A stretch of DNA of 61,659 bases, filler included. It is 3 parts of 3 records of this genome, joined end to end, with 100 filler letters (N's around TTAATTAATTAA, not from the genome) between each part and the next. Parts side by side here need not be neighbours in the genome. Positions count along the whole stretch, not along the records: positions 49,005 to 61,659 come from SRR31156797_2592; 2 more parts are not named here. The stretch is one strand, 5' to 3'. Below, one piece after another: positions 57,037-61,659 of the stretch. Below the pieces are notes generated by a model. That model was not told where the DNA came from, did no database searches, and saw only the letters and a list, made by a program, of their open reading frames with translations. Both the position numbers and the translations under genes were made by a program. Each line of letters starts with the position of its first letter. Within the stretch, counting starts at the first letter, position 1.

Positions 57037-58071
57037 TTATTTCTCTAAGCTTTCGATAAAAGCAGGAAGTACATTTTTAAACATTAAAATTGCATCATTT
57101 AATTTCTCAGTTGTTCTGCCACCAGCGGCGTTCATGTGTCCTCCTCCATTAAAATACTCTGCGGCTACAGCATTAATTGGCACATTACCCTTAGAGCGAA
57201 AAGAGATCTTTACCATATCTTCTTTTTCTATAAAAATTACCGAGACCTGCATTCCTTGAATTGATAAAGGATAATTCACAAAACCTTCAGTGTCTCCATC
57301 TTTATAATTAAATTTCACTAAATCTTCTTTTGTTAAAGTAATGATAGCAGTGTTGTATTCACTCAATACCTCCAATCCCTGATCCAAACAATGTCCTAAT
57401 AATTTCATTCTATCCGTAGAAAAATTATCATACACATTGGAGTGAATTTTACTCTTATCGATACCTCGACGCAACAATTCGCCAACAATTTGATAAGTTC
57501 TAGGATTTGAAGAATTGTAACTCAATCCTCCAGTATCCGTCACAATACCAGTATAAAGACACTCTGCCATGTGTTCATCAATCAAATTTTCACCACCAAG
57601 TGCTTCGATAAACTCATACATAAACTCACAAGTTGAACACATACTTGTATCTGAAAACATAACATCAACAATATTCTCCGGCTCAGGATGATGATCAATC
57701 ATAATCTTTTTAGCAGACAAATCCTTTAGAGTTTTCTCTAAATCTCCGGATCTTTTAAACGAATTGTGATCCACTATAAATACCAAATCAGATGATTTTA
57801 GATAATCCTTAGCTTTTTTCTTATTGGAAGGATAAAGCAAAACCTCTGAATTAAGGGGCAGCCAATTCAAAAAAATCGGATAATCACTCGGGCTAACGAT
57901 TTGAGATTTTATTCCCTTTTTCTTTAAATATTGATATAAAGCTAAGGACGATCCTATAGCATCACCATCAGGTCCTGAGTGAGGTATAATTGAAATTTGC
58001 TTCGATTCATTAATTAAAATCTCAGCTTCTTTTATCAATTTATCATCAATTCTATTCTGCAAACTATTCAT
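57037..58071 (-). CDS. nrnA: DHH family phosphoesterase (NrnA-like oligoribonuclease/pAp phosphatase)
   Basis: PDGDAIGS, IDHH, TDTG, SFRS and GGGH motifs. Confidence 0.85.
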   Translation of the reverse strand: MNSLQNRIDDKLIKEAEILINESKQISIIPHSGPDGDAIGSSLALYQYLKKKGIKSQIVSPSDYPIFLNWLPLNSEVLLYPSNKKKAKDYLKSSDLVFIVDHNSFKRSGDLEKTLKDLSAKKIMIDHHPEPENIVDVMFSDTSMCSTCEFMYEFIEALGGENLIDEHMAECLYTGIVTDTGGLSYNSSNPRTYQIVGELLRRGIDKSKIHSNVYDNFSTDRMKLLGHCLDQGLEVLSEYNTAIITLTKEDLVKFNYKDGDTEGFVNYPLSIQGMQVSVIFIEKEDMVKISFRSKGNVPINAVAAEYFNGGGHMNAAGGRTTEKLNDAILMFKNVLPAFIESLEK

Positions 58072-58330
58072 TATATATTGAGTGTAGTGATTCAAAAATT
58101 AAGGCGTAAAGATAAAGAGAGATCCTTATACTTTTATCATACTTGTGAAAATTGCTTTTAAAAATAACAAAAACGAAAAAAAAATAATCCGTCCAAACTA
58201 CACACTTTTAGTGATGTTTATTTTAAATTAGTCCAAATAAAACACAAGCAAATCTCCTATTCGTCTTGCATGACTGAACGGAAATATTATTTTTGTATAC
58301 CAAACGTTAAACTTACATACTTATTAAAGA

Positions 58331-58750
58331 ATGAGAAGCGATAGAACATTTACAATGATTAAGCCAGATGCAGTTGCAGCTGGAAATATCGGAGCAATTT
58401 TAGCAAAAATCAACGAAGGTGGATTTCGAATTGCCGCAATGAAGTACACTCAAATTACAAAAGAACAAGCAAAGAAATTTTATGAGGTTCATAAAGATCG
58501 TCCATTTTATGGTGAATTAACTGATTTTATGAGCTCGGGACCAATAGTTGCTGCTATTTTAGAAAAAGAAGATGCTGTTGCTTCATTCAGAAAACTGATT
58601 GGTGCAACCAATCCTGCCGAAGCGGCTGAAGGAACCATTCGCAAAGAATTCGCAGAATCGATGTCGAAAAATGCTGTTCACGGTTCGGATAGCGATGAAA
58701 ATGCTTGTATTGAAGGTGCATTCTATTTTTCGCAGACCGATATAATTTAA
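58331..58750 (+). CDS. ndk: Nucleoside diphosphate kinase
   Basis: [10 protein letters not shown] and NAVHGSDS motifs. Confidence 0.97.
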   Translation: MRSDRTFTMIKPDAVAAGNIGAILAKINEGGFRIAAMKYTQITKEQAKKFYEVHKDRPFYGELTDFMSSGPIVAAILEKEDAVASFRKLIGATNPAEAAEGTIRKEFAESMSKNAVHGSDSDENACIEGAFYFSQTDII

Positions 58751-58766
58751 AAAAGTACAATAGAAT

Positions 58767-58803
58767 AAGAGCGCATCAATAGAAATATTGGTGCGTTTTT
58801 TTT
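58767..58803 (+). terminator. Intrinsic terminator
   Basis: GAGCGCATCAATA-gaaa-TATTGGTGCGTTT plus T-run. Confidence 0.75.
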
Positions 58804-59092
58804 ATCTCACAACAATATCATCAATAATATTAGCCTGAACTTCTCGGTTTAAAGCCTTAATCAAACCCTCACGAATCATCATCAGCTCATTTCGAATAAC
58901 CGAAGAGCGCACCTGCACAAATAATTTCCTATTTCTAATGTAGATATCAGTAGTTGCATTCGCTACAGTTTTACCAATCACTTTCTCCCAGGAATTTACC
59001 AATTCGTACTCCTTTAACTTACCATCTAATTTTGTTTCTTTTAAAACTTGACGGATCAGTTCATCTATTTTTTGAGTATTACTTCTTCTCAT
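58802..59092 (-). CDS. DUF721/DciA family protein
   Basis: W..VIG..VA...L.V.VRSSVIRNEL pattern, immediately downstream of recF. Confidence 0.85.
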   Translation of the reverse strand: MRRSNTQKIDELIRQVLKETKLDGKLKEYELVNSWEKVIGKTVANATTDIYIRNRKLFVQVRSSVIRNELMMIREGLIKALNREVQANIIDDIVVR

Positions 59093-59094
59093 AA

Positions 59095-60198
59095 CTACGA
59101 ATTTACAATTCCTCCATTATCAATTACAAACAATTGATACTCTAAAGCCGAACCAGAAAGTATCTCATCTAAATGATCACGATTGGTATCGGATATAAAT
59201 ATTTGTCCGAATCTTTCTTCAGAAACCAAACGAACAATTTGCTCTACTCTGTTGGAATCCAACTTGTCAAAAATATCATCGAGCAATAATATTGGATTAA
59301 AACCAGCTATTTGCTTAATAAATTCAAACTGAGCCAATTTTAAAGCTATTAGATATGATTTTTTTTGTCCCTGTGAACCCATTTTTTTGATAGGGTAATT
59401 TCCTAAGTTCAATACCAAATCATCTTTATGAATCCCAACTGTTGTGTATTGCACAACCTGATCTTTCCATCGAGCATTCCCCAATAAATCACGCATCGAA
59501 TGATCGTGAAGTTGCGATTTGTATTCTAAACTCACAATTTCATTTCCTTGAGATATTGTATTGTAATATTCCTGAAAAACAGGCATTAATTTGTGAAGAA
59601 AATTCTTCCTCTTCTCATATATTTCTGCTCCCAATATCACCAACTGATCATCCCAAATGCTTAAAGTATCTTCGTCGTACTTCAGACCAGAAGCAAAATC
59701 TTTAAGTAATTTATTTCTTTGCTGGATAACTCGATTGTAACGAATCAAATCATCCAAATACTTCCTATCATACTGAGAAATAACACTATCCATATATTTC
59801 CTTCTCTCCTCGCTGCCATCAGTAATCAATCTATCATCAGCTGGAGAAACCATTACAATGGGTAACAAACCTATATGTTCAGATAATTTCTTGTATTCCT
59901 TTTTATTGCGTTTAAAATTTTTCTTTTGTCCTCGTTTTACGCCACAATATATTACTTCATCCAAATCAGCTCTTTGATATTTTCCTTCCAAAACCATGAA
60001 CTGCTCGTCATGATTTATATTCATTTGATCGGTAGATGAAAAATAGCTTTTACAAAAGCTCAAATAGTAAACTGCATCAAGTAAATTTGTTTTCCCAACT
60101 CCATTATTCCCAATAAAACAGTTTATTCTATGTGAAAAACTGACTTCCAGTTCGTGAATATTTTTATAATTTATGAGAGATAATTTTTCCAAATGCAT
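59095..60198 (-). CDS. recF: DNA replication and repair protein RecF
   Basis: GNNGVGKTN Walker A, GSQGQKK signature and LLLDD Walker B. Confidence 0.96.
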   Translation of the reverse strand: MHLEKLSLINYKNIHELEVSFSHRINCFIGNNGVGKTNLLDAVYYLSFCKSYFSSTDQMNINHDEQFMVLEGKYQRADLDEVIYCGVKRGQKKNFKRNKKEYKKLSEHIGLLPIVMVSPADDRLITDGSEERRKYMDSVISQYDRKYLDDLIRYNRVIQQRNKLLKDFASGLKYDEDTLSIWDDQLVILGAEIYEKRKNFLHKLMPVFQEYYNTISQGNEIVSLEYKSQLHDHSMRDLLGNARWKDQVVQYTTVGIHKDDLVLNLGNYPIKKMGSQGQKKSYLIALKLAQFEFIKQIAGFNPILLLDDIFDKLDSNRVEQIVRLVSEERFGQIFISDTNRDHLDEILSGSALEYQLFVIDNGGIVNS

Positions 60199-60374
60199 GC
60201 ACAAAGTATTAGATAACGTCACAAAATTACGAATTTAAATCAATTAAAAACCTGCTTTCAATGGTGATAATTTAAGTTCACACTCATTATCATTTTTTAA
60301 AGAAAACATGCCTTATATTTGGTAAAAAAAATTACATTTGCGTTAGAAAAAATGAAACTAATAATTATTTGAGT

Positions 60375-61067
60375 ATGTCGAAGAATAAAAACAATCAGGT
60401 ATCTGAAGATAATTTTGAAAATTTAGAAGAGGCGTTAAGTAAGACTGAACAATATATAGAGAAGAATCAAAAGAAATTAACCAGCATTGCATTTGCTGTT
60501 ATTTTGGTTGCTGTAGCTATTTTTGCTTACCAAAAGTATTACAAAACTCCACTTGAGGAGAAAGCTCAAAATCAAATGTTCCAGGCTCAAAGATACTTTG
60601 AACAAGATTCGTTCAAATTAGCTTTAAACGGAGATGAAAATTATCCTGGATTCCTTCAAATTGTTGATGAATTTGGTTCAACTACTGCTGGTAACTTATC
60701 TGAATACTACGCAGGTATTTCTTATTTAAGAATTGGTGAATTTCAAAATGCTATTGATCATCTTAACTCTTTTAGCTCAAATGATTTTATTCTTAGCTCG
60801 TTAGCTAAAGCTGCAACTGGTGATGCGTACATGGAATTAGGCGACAACAAAAAGGCTGCTTCAAATTATATGGATGCAAGTTCTATTAACACCAACGATT
60901 TTACAACACCTATCTATCTTCAAAAAGCTGGTTTAGCTTACGAAATGACTGGTGATTATAAAAAAGCATTAGCTGCTTACGAAAAAATTGAAAAGGATTT
61001 TGGAAAATCTGCCGAGGCTCGTGACGTTGAAAAATACATCACTCGCGCGAAGTCGATGATCAAATAA
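60375..61067 (+). CDS. TPR protein with N-terminal TM (YfgM-like)
   Basis: Single TM then TPR helices; divergent from recF; TACATTTG -7 box at 60333-60340. Confidence 0.85.
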   Translation: MSKNKNNQVSEDNFENLEEALSKTEQYIEKNQKKLTSIAFAVILVAVAIFAYQKYYKTPLEEKAQNQMFQAQRYFEQDSFKLALNGDENYPGFLQIVDEFGSTTAGNLSEYYAGISYLRIGEFQNAIDHLNSFSSNDFILSSLAKAATGDAYMELGDNKKAASNYMDASSINTNDFTTPIYLQKAGLAYEMTGDYKKALAAYEKIEKDFGKSAEARDVEKYITRAKSMIK

Positions 61068-61086
61068 GATATTAAGTATCTAAAGT

Positions 61087-61118
61087 AAAAGACGAGCCAT
61101 TTGGTTCGTCTTTTTTTT
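61087..61118 (+). terminator. Intrinsic terminator
   Basis: AAAAGACGAGCCA-tt-TGGTTCGTCTTTTTTTT. Confidence 0.85.
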
Positions 61119-61562
61119 GCTCTTAGTTCAACACTCCATTCTAGTAAAGTTTGATCTTCTAATGCTTTCTATACATCACTAGAATTGTATAGGAATCCTC
61201 ATTCTAAAATATTAAAATGCCAACCTCTACTTGACCCTTAAAGTTTAACTTTAGCAAATAAAAAGAATTATTTCCATCACCTGTTTTATTCAAACCTACA
61301 CAAATCAATTTCATTTCAAGAGTAAGATTTTCGTTTGCATCTATTTTTAAAAAAGCTACAAATACTATTCTTCAACAACTTACAGAATACACAATTGATT
61401 AAATTCAAACAAATCACAACATAAACTCCTAGTTTTCTTATAGATATCGTCTTTAGGTTCTCAAGAAAAAGATCAAATAAAAAAAATAACAAAAATATTC
61501 ACTAGTAAATCAAACACTTACATAAAAAACTTCATTTTTTTCAAAAAAAACATTCCAGACCC

Positions 61563-61593
61563 CTTGTATATTCTGACAAAGCCCCTATATTTG
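61563..61593 (+). promoter_or_regulatory. Bacteroidota promoter for the tRNA
   Basis: CTTG-N19-TATATTTG. Confidence 0.65.
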
Positions 61594-61635
61594 CAACCGC
61601 AATACAGAAACAAAGTTCTTTAAATAATTGCATTT

Positions 61636-61659
61636 GGGGAGATACCAAAGTGGCCAACT
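61636..61659 (+). tRNA. tRNA 5' fragment (likely tRNA-Tyr; cut by window end)
   Basis: GGGGAGATACCAAAGTGGCCAACT resembles the 5' end and D-arm of tRNA-Tyr. Confidence 0.7.

Overview
The window is not one locus. It is three unrelated contigs joined by artificial 100-nt linkers (44 N + TTAATTAATTAA + 44 N at 18502-18601 and 48905-49004). Contig A (1-18501) looks like Desulfovibrionaceae (Maridesulfovibrio-like) core genome: YcaO-domain protein, sensor kinase, patatin and SGNH esterase, split RdgC pair, rmlA, MogA-like protein, TolC, MltB-like protein, and an unannotated 47-aa membrane protein. Contig B (18602-48904) is a more GC-rich Desulfovibrionaceae (Pseudodesulfovibrio-like) segment with housekeeping genes and pstSCA preceded by a clear Pho box. 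Its most notable content is a set of intact phage-type genes: CI-like repressor, DUF5675 putative cell-wall enzyme, small HTH protein, holin-like pair, terminase large subunit and GNAT-like protein. These are split into three small islands among ordinary host genes, with no integrase, replication or structural genes in view. This pattern suggests a domesticated, fragmented phage module and a candidate gene transfer agent (inference). Beside it lies a 767-aa low-complexity protein with exact 50-aa N/D/T/Q-rich repeats, downstream of a sigma28-driven FlxA-like gene. Contig C (49005-61659) is an AT-rich Bacteroidota (Marinifilaceae-like) segment with partial tRNAs at both ends, two tandem fused LeuC-LeuD/homoaconitase-like paralogues, ndk, recF and dciA, and a candidate structured RNA. 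All family and taxon calls come from motif recognition by eye; no database search was run.
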